Source: an uncultured Planctomycetota bacterium
GTDB lineage: Bacteria; Planctomycetota; UBA11346
Assembly (NCBI GenBank): GCA_963818245.1
Contig: CAWFSD010000003.1
Coordinates: forward strand, 14,492-78,491
Length of the DNA stretch: 64,000 nt
Direction: 5' to 3'
Shown piece by piece: positions 8,947-17,158 of the stretch. Positions within the stretch are counted from its first letter, which is position 1, and every line of letters begins with the position of its first letter. The notes beneath the pieces were generated by a model. The model did no database searches and was not told the origin of the DNA. It saw only the letters and a program-made list of their open reading frames with translations. Both the position numbers and the translations under genes were made by a program.

Positions 8947-9159
8947 GTGGGGCCTGTGGAAGTCCTACCGCCGTCGCCTGGAATACAGACCCCACCTGTA
9001 GTGGTCTATAACCACAACAGCCCCGCCTTTTCGGTGGTGTCCAAGTCGGTTAGTAAGGGCGAGGGGATGGCTGGGTTCTTGGCTGGCCTTCTCCTGGGGT
9101 TGGCCATCGGCTTCGCAATCGAAGAGGCCAACGAGCGCCGCGAACAGCGCAATGGCTGA
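8947..9159 (+). CDS. Small putative membrane protein
   Basis: Single hydrophobic stretch GFLAGLLLGLAIGFAI. Confidence 0.35.
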   Translation: MGPVEVLPPSPGIQTPPVVVYNHNSPAFSVVSKSVSKGEGMAGFLAGLLLGLAIGFAIEEANERREQRNG

Positions 9160-9509
9160 CAAGGACCGCCCGGAGACGCCATCGGCCGACGGCGTCCGAC
9201 AAAGCTCTTGCACAGACCCACCCGCCATTGGTATCTTGTTTCCAGACACTCGATGTCCCCATGCGGCCTCGCCTGATGGCCCGGCCGTGTGCAGTTCGAT
9301 GGCTCTGACCCCCGGGTTGCCCGTACTTCAGACTGCCGTCGGCGAACTGAGAACGATTCCACTTCCATCGGCGCCGCGGACGGGCTCGCCGGGACAAAGT
9401 CCCAGCACCAGTTTGATGGAGCCTCGTTCTCAGGCTTATCCCCATGCCTCGTCGCATCACCAAGGCGCACTTGTGCGCTATTGAAGCTTCGGCAATTCCG
9501 CCGAAAGCT

Positions 9510-9737
9510 ATGGCCTTCCTCACCGCTGCAGAAGCTGCTCACCGCCTTCGTGTGAGCATTCGCAGCATCGACCGCTTCCGGCAGAAGGGCCTTCTGCCCG
9601 GATATTCCGTCGGTGGATCCGGCCATCGCCGCTTCCGCGCCGATGATGTCGACCAACTGCTCGTGCCTGATCAGAGTGTGGATCAGCAGAGCGCGGATCT
9701 CGATTCCTTTATTTCCACCCACATCAAGAGGGACTGA
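9510..9737 (+). CDS. Excisionase / HTH_17 recombination directionality factor
   Basis: FLTAAEAAHRLRVSIRSIDRFRQKGLLPGYSVGGSGHRRFRADDVDQLL; lies immediately upstream of the integrase. Confidence 0.88.
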   Translation: MAFLTAAEAAHRLRVSIRSIDRFRQKGLLPGYSVGGSGHRRFRADDVDQLLVPDQSVDQQSADLDSFISTHIKRD

Positions 9738-9740
9738 CCT

Positions 9741-11042
9741 ATGGACAGTCCCAAAGGAGGTTTTTTGCCGAGGCATACGTCGATGCCGCCTCGCAAACAG
9801 AAGACACCCCACGGCGACGTCACCCTGACCTCGAAGTGGATGCGCGACCATTATATGCTCATGGCATCAGGTGCATCAGCCGCGTTGCGCTGGATGTTTC
9901 CGAACATGCAGCATGACCCAGAGCTCAATGGCAGTTGTTTCCGCCATGCTTTTGAACCGTCCCCGAGGAAGGTCACCATCGAGCGTGATTTGCGCCGCAT
10001 TTGCGCAAAGTGGCAGGAATCCTGGAACAGTCAGTTTGAAGACCATGTAAATGGTCTGCCCGATGGGGGGATGACTGCAGACCAAGTGCCGACCATTTCC
10101 ACGCTGGGCCAACTCTTCGACCATCTGCATGGCCAGCGCAAGAAGACGGTAGCAGTTTCAACATCGGATCGCGATCGCTACCGCCTCCAGCTCTGGCGTG
10201 ACGAGATCGGCCACGGAGTTCCCCTCGCGGACCTCTCGGTCGAACGCATCACTGCAGCGCTGGCACGCATTGGAAAGCGCACGAGCGCACCGACGGCCAA
10301 TCCGGCCTTGGGCGTCCTGAAGACGTACCTGAACTGGGCGGCCCATATGGGCCTGCTCAAGAACCAGGGCTATCGGACGGTTCGTCCTTTGAAGGAGCCG
10401 GCCGGAGGGCGTCACCATCGCGCGTGGTGGACGGCGGCCGAGGTGGAGTTGGCCGTGCGTTGCGCGTCTCAGGATCATCATCAGCCGACGGCGACCCTCC
10501 TGGTCGCCATCGGGTGCTACCTCGGACTTCGCGTCGAGGAGATCATCATGCTGCGCTGGCAGGACCTCAGTCTGGATGCCACCGATCCCAAGACCGGTGA
10601 ACCCAAGCCCGTCTGCCATCTGACGGCCAATAACGGCTGGCAGCCCAAGGACGGTGAGTCGCGTGACATCCCCATTTGCACTCCCCTGTTGGCACTCCTG
10701 AAGGGGTACCGGCAGGTTGAAGGCTTTCTCCTGCAGGCAGAGGAAGGACGTCCGGGGCGCCGTCGTGGCGGCAAGGGGTGGCTGTATCGGTACGACCCGA
10801 AGAAGGTCTGGCTGCGCGTCATGAAGCAGGTGGTCGCTGCCGGCGGAAAGGCGATCACGATGTACGGCATGCGCCACAGCTTCGCGTCCAACTTCTTGAT
10901 CGCTGGGGTGTCGGACGTGAAGGTGTCTCGTTGGCTCGGCCACTCGGACACGCGCATGGTCCATCGCCATTATGGCCATCTCTTGAGCTACGACGGGGAC
11001 ATCAACGCGGTGACGGCCGGGAAGGCCGTCCGCCCCGATTAG
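9741..11042 (+). CDS. Tyrosine recombinase / phage-type integrase
   Basis: Motifs LGLRVEEIIMLRWQDL (R), PKDGESR (K), YGMRHSFAS (Y-x-x-R), LGHSD (H) and HRHY (catalytic Y); adjacent to the tRNA. Confidence 0.95.
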   Translation: MDSPKGGFLPRHTSMPPRKQKTPHGDVTLTSKWMRDHYMLMASGASAALRWMFPNMQHDPELNGSCFRHAFEPSPRKVTIERDLRRICAKWQESWNSQFEDHVNGLPDGGMTADQVPTISTLGQLFDHLHGQRKKTVAVSTSDRDRYRLQLWRDEIGHGVPLADLSVERITAALARIGKRTSAPTANPALGVLKTYLNWAAHMGLLKNQGYRTVRPLKEPAGGRHHRAWWTAAEVELAVRCASQDHHQPTATLLVAIGCYLGLRVEEIIMLRWQDLSLDATDPKTGEPKPVCHLTANNGWQPKDGESRDIPICTPLLALLKGYRQVEGFLLQAEEGRPGRRRGGKGWLYRYDPKKVWLRVMKQVVAAGGKAITMYGMRHSFASNFLIAGVSDVKVSRWLGHSDTRMVHRHYGHLLSYDGDINAVTAGKAVRPD

Positions 11043-11059
11043 CAGGTTGGGCTTCTGAC

Positions 11060-11108
11060 GGCCATCGGGCTGGCGGGGGAAACCCGCCGGCCCGGTGGCT
11101 TTTTCTTT
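11060..11108 (+). terminator. Intrinsic terminator after the integrase
   Basis: Long stem GCCATCGGGCTGGCGGG-GGAAA-CCCGCCGGCCCGGTGGC followed by TTTTTCTTT. Confidence 0.8.
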
Positions 11109-11125
11109 AGGTCCAGCGGCCGCTG

Positions 11126-11144
11126 TTAGGGAGCAGATTAGGGA
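11126..11144 (+). promoter_or_regulatory. Candidate integrase arm-type binding sites
   Basis: TTAGGGA direct repeat at 11126 and 11138 (12-bp period), ~80 bp from the tRNA 3' end. Confidence 0.35.
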
Positions 11145-11191
11145 TCAAACGCCGTTGAAGCCCCTTCTTGAGCATGGTGCTCAGAAACAAA

Positions 11192-11217
11192 TAACCCCCA
11201 GCTTGCACTGGGGGTTA
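11192..11217 (-). terminator. Hairpin/terminator downstream of tRNA-Gly
   Basis: Perfect stem TAACCCCCAG-CTTGCA-CTGGGGGTTA, with a T-rich tail on the minus strand. Confidence 0.65.
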
Positions 11218-11224
11218 CGTGTCT

Positions 11225-11301
11225 TGGAGCGGGCGAAGAGACTCGAACTCTCGACCTACAGCATGGCAAGCTGTCGCTCTAGCCAACTGAGCTACGCCCG
11301 C
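11225..11301 (-). tRNA. tRNA-Gly (anticodon GCC), 77 nt, CCA encoded; integration target
   Basis: The reverse complement folds as a cloverleaf: GCGGGCG/CGCCCGC acceptor stem, GCTC/GAGC D-arm, ACAGC-TTGCCAT-GCTGT anticodon arm, TTCGAGT T-loop, TCCA end. Confidence 0.98.
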
Positions 11302-11445
11302 GCGTAGGCGAGGGATCCTAGAGGACTTAGGCATTTGTCCAGAGGGTTCTGCCAGCGCCGGGACAGGCCTCCATCGGGGCCCCGGCGAAGCGCCGGGGTC
11401 TTGCCGGAACCTCTTTTACGGTCCAGACTTGCGCAGGGAGGTGCG

Positions 11446-12099
11446 ATGGAGGCCGGATTCATGGCGGCGGTGGTGAAGGCGCTGGTGCCGCTGCTGATCA
11501 TCGTCAGCCCGCACGGGGCGGCGCCGCTGTTCCTCAGCATGACGGTCGCGGACGGAGGCGATCGGCGGCGGCGCTCGGCGCTGTACGCGGCGGCGACCTG
11601 CAGCGTGGTGCTGGCGCTGGCGGCGCTGTTCGGCGAGGTGGTCTTCCAGTTCTTCGGCATCACCATCGACGCGTTCCGCATCGCCGGCGGGGCGCTGATG
11701 TTCCTCTACGCCATCGACATGGTGCAGATGCGCACGCCGCGCATGAAGACCACCCAGGAGGAGGTCGACGTCGGCGTCTCCCAGCAGGAGGTCGGCATCA
11801 TCCCCCTGGGCGTGCCCATGCTCGCCGGGCCGGGCGCGATCGCGACGGTGATGGCGCTGCGCATCGGCGGCCACGATGGCGGCCTGGCGGTGCAGCTCGC
11901 CGCCATCGGCCTGCTCGGCGTCGCCAGCGCGGCGATCCTGCTCGCCGCGGTGCGCGTCGAGCGCTGGATGAGCCCGGTGGTGATGGGCATGCTCGTGCGC
12001 CTGCAGGGGCTGCTGCTCGGCGCGATCGCGGTGCAGATGCTGGTGTCGGGGATCCGCGGCGCGTTCGGGATCGTGGTGGCGGGGGCGGCGTCGGTCTGA
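11446..12099 (+). CDS. marC: MarC family membrane protein
   Basis: Motifs FFGITIDAFRIAGG and IIPLGVPMLAGPGAIATVM; about six TM helices. Confidence 0.92.
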   Translation: MEAGFMAAVVKALVPLLIIVSPHGAAPLFLSMTVADGGDRRRRSALYAAATCSVVLALAALFGEVVFQFFGITIDAFRIAGGALMFLYAIDMVQMRTPRMKTTQEEVDVGVSQQEVGIIPLGVPMLAGPGAIATVMALRIGGHDGGLAVQLAAIGLLGVASAAILLAAVRVERWMSPVVMGMLVRLQGLLLGAIAVQMLVSGIRGAFGIVVAGAASV

Positions 12100-12169
12100 T
12101 CGCGCTCGACTCCGCTCGTTCGCATCAGCCGCGGCGGCGTGTGGCGACGCTCCGCTGGCCGGTAGGGAC

Positions 12170-13042
12170 TCAGGCGCTCGAACTCGACGTCAGGATGTTC
12201 GGCGTCACCCCGTGCCACAGCGCTCCGCGCCCGGAATCCAGCATCGGCGCGGCGGCGATCGCGGCGGAGACGTAGAACTTGGCGTGGAAGATCGCCTCGC
12301 GCAGGCTGTCGCCCTTGGCCAGGCCGGCGGTGATCGCCGCGGAGTGCGCGCAGCCCGCACCGTGCACCTTGATGCGGTGGCAGGTGGGCGCGTCGAAGTG
12401 GCTGACGCCGTCGAGGCCGGCGAGCACGTCGAGCGTGCGTTCGGCGAGCCCGCCGCCGGTCACCACCACCGGGCAGCCGAAGCGCTTGAAGATGCGCTGC
12501 GCCGCCTCTTCCATGTCCTCGAGGCTGAGGCACTCCTCCATGCCGGCGAGCAGCGCGGCCTCGAAGCGGTTGGGGGTGCTGACCGTGGCGCGCGGCATCA
12601 GCTCGTCGCACAGCGCGCCGACCATTTCAGGCTGCAGCAGCGGGATGCCGCGGCTGTCGGCGGCCACCGGGTCGAGCACCACCGGCACGTCCGGGCGCTC
12701 GCGCAGCCAGCGGCCGATGACGCGGATGGTCGCGACGTTCGGCACCAGGCCGATCTTGATCGCCGAGATCGGCAGCTCGTCGCCGACCGCGTCCAGCTGG
12801 GTGCGCACGAAGCTCTCGGGCACCAGGTGCATGCCCTTGATGCCGGAGAAGTTCTGCGCGCTGAGCGCGACCACCACCGAGGCGCCGTAGCAGTTCTGCG
12901 CGGCGAAGGTCTTGATGTCCGCCTGCACCCCGGCGCCGCCGGAGGAGTCGGACGTGCCGATGGTCAGGCACGAGGCGGGGAAGTTGCCGCTGCGCTGCAC
13001 GACCCGCGGGCCATCTTTGAGGAAACGGCTGGTGTTACCCAT
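12170..13042 (-). CDS. thiD: Hydroxymethylpyrimidine/phosphomethylpyrimidine kinase
   Basis: Motifs TIGTSDSSGGAGVQADIKTF, VVLDPV, TPNRFEA and HGAGCAHSAAI. Confidence 0.92.
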   Translation of the reverse strand: MGNTSRFLKDGPRVVQRSGNFPASCLTIGTSDSSGGAGVQADIKTFAAQNCYGASVVVALSAQNFSGIKGMHLVPESFVRTQLDAVGDELPISAIKIGLVPNVATIRVIGRWLRERPDVPVVLDPVAADSRGIPLLQPEMVGALCDELMPRATVSTPNRFEAALLAGMEECLSLEDMEEAAQRIFKRFGCPVVVTGGGLAERTLDVLAGLDGVSHFDAPTCHRIKVHGAGCAHSAAITAGLAKGDSLREAIFHAKFYVSAAIAAAPMLDSGRGALWHGVTPNILTSSSSA

Positions 13043-13165
13043 GGCTGCATCATGCATGCCCGGCGGCGCAACGCCACTGCCGAGGGTGCGGGCTTGCGCG
13101 TTCCGCGTGGGACACGCGCAACGCTGGGGGTAGGAGGGCCGCAGGCCGCCCAGGCGCCCGCAGCC

Positions 13166-14290
13166 TCACGTCGCCCGCACGTACCCGCCCGGCGCCTTGC
13201 GCGCCAGGCGCCGCAGCTCGAGCGACAGCAGCGTCGCCGAGATCGCGGAGGGCGGGATCTCGCCGACGCGCACCAGGTCGTCGATGCTGCGCGGGGTGTC
13301 GTCCAGCATCTGGTAGACCTGCTTCTCGCGGCCGGACAGCGCGGCGGCCCGCGGGCTGTCCGGCACCGGCGCGCCGCCCAGGCTGCCGCGCGCGAGGGTC
13401 ATCAGCGGCTCGACCTCGTCGAGGATCTGCTCGACGCTGGTGACCAGGGTCGCGCCGTCGCGGATGAGCTGGTTCGAGCCGACGCTCTCCGGGTTGTCGA
13501 TGTTGCCGGGCAGCACCAGCACCTCGCGGCCGAGCTCCATGGCCAGGCGCGCGGTGATCAGCGCGCCGGAGCGCTGGCCGGCCTCGATCACCAGCGTCGC
13601 CAGGCCGAGCGCGGCGACCAGGCGGTTGCGGCGCGGGAAGGTGCCCGGGCTGGGTGGCGTGAAGAAGGGGAACTCGCTGATCACCGCGCCGCGGCCGTCG
13701 GCCATGCGCGCGGCGAGGGGGGCGTTCTCATCGGGGTAGAGCTTGCCGTGGCCGCTGCCGAGCACCGCCACGCTGCGGCCGCCGGCCTCGAGCGCGGCCT
13801 GGTGGGCGACGGTGTCGATGCCGCGCGCCAGCCCCGAGACGATGCAGGTGCCGAGCCGCGCCAGGCCGATGGACAGGCGGTGCGCCTGGCGGTGCGCGTA
13901 GGAACTGGGCCGGCGCGGCCCGACCACGGCGATGGCGAGGCGGTCCTGCGGCTCGAGCGCACCGGTCATCCACAGCGCCAGGGGCGGGTCGGCGAGGCGG
14001 GTCAGCGCCTGCGGGTAGCCGTCCTCGCCGCGCGTGACGATGCGCACGCCGGCGCTGTGGCACTGCGCGCGCTCGGTGGCCACCGCATCGACGCCGCGCG
14101 GATCGCAGATGCGCCGCGCGCGCTCGCCGCCGATGCCGTCGACCGCCTGCAGGCGGTCCATGCTCCAGCGGAAGATCTCGCCCGGGTCCTCGACCTGGTC
14201 GAGCAGCCGCTGCGCCGTCGTCGGCCCCAGCCCCGGCACGAGGGCCAGCCGCAACAGCGCGTCGGCAGGGCTCATTCCGGTCGCGGGCAT
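13166..14290 (-). CDS. dprA: DNA-processing protein DprA (Smf)
   Basis: Motifs IVSGLARGIDTVAH, FPRRNRLVA, EAGQRSGALITA and GSNQLIRDGA. Confidence 0.95.
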   Translation of the reverse strand: MPATGMSPADALLRLALVPGLGPTTAQRLLDQVEDPGEIFRWSMDRLQAVDGIGGERARRICDPRGVDAVATERAQCHSAGVRIVTRGEDGYPQALTRLADPPLALWMTGALEPQDRLAIAVVGPRRPSSYAHRQAHRLSIGLARLGTCIVSGLARGIDTVAHQAALEAGGRSVAVLGSGHGKLYPDENAPLAARMADGRGAVISEFPFFTPPSPGTFPRRNRLVAALGLATLVIEAGQRSGALITARLAMELGREVLVLPGNIDNPESVGSNQLIRDGATLVTSVEQILDEVEPLMTLARGSLGGAPVPDSPRAAALSGREKQVYQMLDDTPRSIDDLVRVGEIPPSAISATLLSLELRRLARKAPGGYVRAT

Positions 14291-14404
14291 GCCGGCAGCT
14301 TCGCCATGCCGCCCTCCACACAAGACCGGTACCCCCCGCCCTCGGCGCCCCACCTCCCCCATCTTCCCAGTTGAAGCCCCGTCCCTCCCCCATCCGATCA
14401 GGTC

Positions 14405-15373
14405 ATGGTCGATTCGCTCCTGCTCCTCGGCTTCGGCGGGCCCACGCCCGGCTGCTGCGGCCGCCGTCCCACCTGCTCCAAGGCGCCCGGCTGCGAGGCG
14501 GAATGCTTCGTCTCGGGCATCCTCGGCGACAACCCGGCGCGCGCCAAGCGCGTGGCCGAGGTCACCAGCCACTACCTGCACTTCGGCGGTTTCAGCCCCT
14601 ACAACGAGTTGACCGCGCGCCAGGGCGCGGCGCTCGGCGCCGAACTGGCGCGGCGCGGCCGCCCGCTGCGCATCGCCTGCGGCTACCGCCACTGGGTGCC
14701 GTGGACCAGCGACGGCCTGCGCGAACTGCAGGCGGCCGGCGCGCGCGAGACCCTGCTGCTGATCATGGCCCCGCACCAGTCGTCGGTGAGCTGGGACTGG
14801 TACATCAAGCACGCCGCCGAGGCCATCGAGCAGCTCGGCGAGGGCAGCCCGCGCGTGGTCGGCGTGATCGATCCGTGGTGGAACAAGGCCGGCTACGTCG
14901 AGGCCGTCGCCGACACCCTGCGCGAGGCGACGCGCGGCTGGACGCCCGAGCGCGTCCGCGCCGCGGCCCTGGTCTTCACCGCGCACGCCATCCCGCAGCC
15001 GGTCGAGAGCACCTCGCCCTACCGCGCCCAGTTCGCCGAGAGCGCGCGCCTGGCCGCCGCCGCCTTCGGCCACCCCGAGCACGCCATCGCCTTCCAGAGC
15101 CAGCCCGGCGACAGCCGCATCCCGTGGTCCGCCCCGACCATCGAGCAGGCCGTCGAGGACGCGCACCGCGCCGGCCACCGCGACGTCATCGTCCAGGCCG
15201 CCGGGTTCCTGGTCGACCACACCGAGGTGCTCTACGACCTCGACGTCGAGGCCAAGGAGCTCGCCGCCCGCCTCGGCATCGGCTTCACCCGCGCGCGCTG
15301 CGTGCACGACCACCCCGCCTTCATCGCGATGCTCGCCGACCAGGTCGAGCGCGCATTGCCCGTGCGGGCTTGA
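14405..15373 (+). CDS. hemH: Ferrochelatase / coproporphyrin ferrochelatase
   Basis: Motifs LLLLGFGGP, HYLHFGGFSPYN, LVFTAHAIP, FQSQ and FLVDHTEVLYDLD. Confidence 0.93.
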   Translation: MVDSLLLLGFGGPTPGCCGRRPTCSKAPGCEAECFVSGILGDNPARAKRVAEVTSHYLHFGGFSPYNELTARQGAALGAELARRGRPLRIACGYRHWVPWTSDGLRELQAAGARETLLLIMAPHQSSVSWDWYIKHAAEAIEQLGEGSPRVVGVIDPWWNKAGYVEAVADTLREATRGWTPERVRAAALVFTAHAIPQPVESTSPYRAQFAESARLAAAAFGHPEHAIAFQSQPGDSRIPWSAPTIEQAVEDAHRAGHRDVIVQAAGFLVDHTEVLYDLDVEAKELAARLGIGFTRARCVHDHPAFIAMLADQVERALPVRA

Positions 15374-15374
15374 A

Positions 15375-15421
15375 GACCCTGGACCCTGGACCCTGGACCC
15401 TGGACCCTGAGACCCTAGACC
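15375..15421. repeat. Heptamer tandem array (GACCCTG)5 with GACCCTA variants
   Basis: Read directly; starts immediately after the hemH stop. Confidence 0.9.
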
Positions 15422-15559
15422 GTAAAATCGAAGCGATGACGTTTAGGAGTCGTTGACAGACGGATGTGGTTCCCGGGTCAGGCAACTCGCAACTCGCAAC
15501 CGTCCAAGTGCGGCAACCGACTGCCGCCCCACGTCCCATGCCAGCCGTCACGCCTGCGC

Positions 15560-15641
15560 CTAGGGTCTAGGGTCTAGGGTCTAGGGTCTAGGGTCAGGGT
15601 CTAGGGTCTAGGACCTAGGACCTGGACCTAGGGTCTCAGGT
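15560..15641. repeat. Heptamer tandem array (CTAGGGT)n, inverted relative to 15375-15421
   Basis: Read directly; degenerates towards CTAGGAC units. Confidence 0.9.
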
Positions 15642-15718
15642 ATTCGGAAATCCCCACTTCACGCCTACCCCCCCGTCCCCATGATGCTGGCCTCCGCACG
15701 TGCGGGAACCAGGTGGTC

Positions 15719-16984
15719 ATGGCATCGGAAGACGGCTCATCGGAGCGGCGCAAGCGCTTGGCGGCGGAAGCCGCGCAGCGCGTGGCGGCACGCCGCGACG
15801 ACGGCAGCACGGCGCGCCGGCGCAAGGCCGCCGAGGTGCGGCTGCGCGTGCCGATCTCGCTGCCGACTCCACCGGTGCTGCCGGCGCTCAATGGCCACCG
15901 CGCGCCGGCCGCCATCCCGGACCGCGCCGAGTTGCGCTTCGCGCAGTGCTGGGAGGACGCCGACCGCGTGCTCGACGGCCTCGCCATCCGCCCTGGCGAC
16001 ACCTGCGTGTGCATCGCCTCGGCCGGCGAGACCGCGCTGGCGATGCTCGCGCGGAACCCGGCCAAGGTCATCGCCATCGACGTGGCCCCGGCGCAGCTCG
16101 CCGCCCTCGAGCTGCGCGTCGCCGCCTACCGCACCCTGTCCTACGAGGAGCTGCTGGTCTTCCTGGGGTCGCAGCGCGGCTCCGGGCGCGACGCGCTGTA
16201 CGCGCGCTGCCGGCCCCTGCTGGCGCGCACCACGCGCACGTACTGGGACGGGCGGCCCGAGGCGATCGCCGTCGGGCTCGGTGCCTGCGGCACGGTCGAG
16301 CGGCGCATCGCCAGCCTGCGCCGGCACCTGCTGCCGCTGCTCGGCCGCGGCGAGGTGGTGGCGCGACTGCTCGCCGAGCGCGATCCGGCGGCGCGCGCGC
16401 GCATCTTCGCCAGCGACTGGGACACCTGGCGGTGGCGCGCGGTGGCGCTGGCGATGCGCCTGCCCGCCGCGCTCGGCGCCCGGCCCGGGCTGCTGCCGCG
16501 CCTCGCCGACGCCGCGACCGTGGCGACCGCGGTCGGCGCCCTGCGCCGCCTGATGGTCGAGCAGGACCCGGCCGACAACCCCTACCTGCAGTGGGTCCTG
16601 ACCGGCAGCCACGGCAGCGCCCTGCCGTTCGCCCTGCGCCGCGACCAGCACCAGGCGATCTGCGCCAACCTCGATCGCCTGGAGTGGCGGCTGTGCGCCG
16701 TCGAGGGCCTGCTGGGCGAGGTCGGCGACCGCGCCATCGACCGCTTCGCGCTCAGCGACATCTTCGAATACATGGCGGAATCCGCGTTCCGCACCCTGCT
16801 CTACCGCCTCGCCCGCGCCGGCCGCCACGGAGGCCGCCTGGCCTATTGGAACCTGCACCTGGCGCGCAGCCGGCCCAACGAGATGGCCGAGCTGCTGGTG
16901 CCGCACCGCGATCTGGCGGAGCGGCTGCACCGCCAGGAGCGGGTGGGGGTGTATCGGGCGTTGGTGATCGAGGAGGTCATTTGA
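15719..16984 (+). CDS. DUF3419 / BtaA-like SAM-dependent 3-amino-3-carboxypropyl transferase family protein
   Basis: Motifs RFAQCWEDA, CIASAGETAL, IDVAPAQLAALELR, LSDIFEYM and GRLAYWNL. Confidence 0.85.
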   Translation: MASEDGSSERRKRLAAEAAQRVAARRDDGSTARRRKAAEVRLRVPISLPTPPVLPALNGHRAPAAIPDRAELRFAQCWEDADRVLDGLAIRPGDTCVCIASAGETALAMLARNPAKVIAIDVAPAQLAALELRVAAYRTLSYEELLVFLGSQRGSGRDALYARCRPLLARTTRTYWDGRPEAIAVGLGACGTVERRIASLRRHLLPLLGRGEVVARLLAERDPAARARIFASDWDTWRWRAVALAMRLPAALGARPGLLPRLADAATVATAVGALRRLMVEQDPADNPYLQWVLTGSHGSALPFALRRDQHQAICANLDRLEWRLCAVEGLLGEVGDRAIDRFALSDIFEYMAESAFRTLLYRLARAGRHGGRLAYWNLHLARSRPNEMAELLVPHRDLAERLHRQERVGVYRALVIEEVI

Positions 16985-17006
16985 GGCGGAGAGGGGGGAG
17001 ACGCCA

Positions 17007-17043
17007 GTTGCGAGTCGCGAGTCGCGAGTTGCGAGTCGCGAGG
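17007..17043. repeat. Heptamer tandem array (GCGAGTY)n
   Basis: GTTGCGAGTCGCGAGTCGCGAGTTGCGAGTCGCGAG. Confidence 0.85.
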
Positions 17044-17158
17044 GAGACAGTCAACGTCTTGGCAGCAATAGAGATGGTCGAAGCGGATCGCGGATCGCGG
17101 TCAGCGCCGTGCCTTCGGAGTAGGCCCCACTCGAAGAGCGGCCCAGCGGGCCGCGGTC

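Larger units (their letters stand above)
1..11224. mobile_element. Right end of a tRNA-Gly-integrated element (ICE/IME or defective prophage-like genomic island); the other end lies outside the window
   Basis: Tyrosine integrase and excisionase abut the 3' end of tRNA-Gly. GC is visibly lower than in the rest of the window. All plausible cargo genes are co-oriented on +, including RadC/JAB and DUF932-like genes typical of ICEs. Confidence 0.85.

Noticed and set aside
9152..9484. 110-aa ORF between the small membrane ORF and xis
   Set aside because: Pro/Ser-rich with no motif or codon bias; more likely the xis-int regulatory region.
13043..13165. TPP riboswitch upstream of thiD
   Set aside because: No CTGAGA or other conserved THI-box core on the minus strand.
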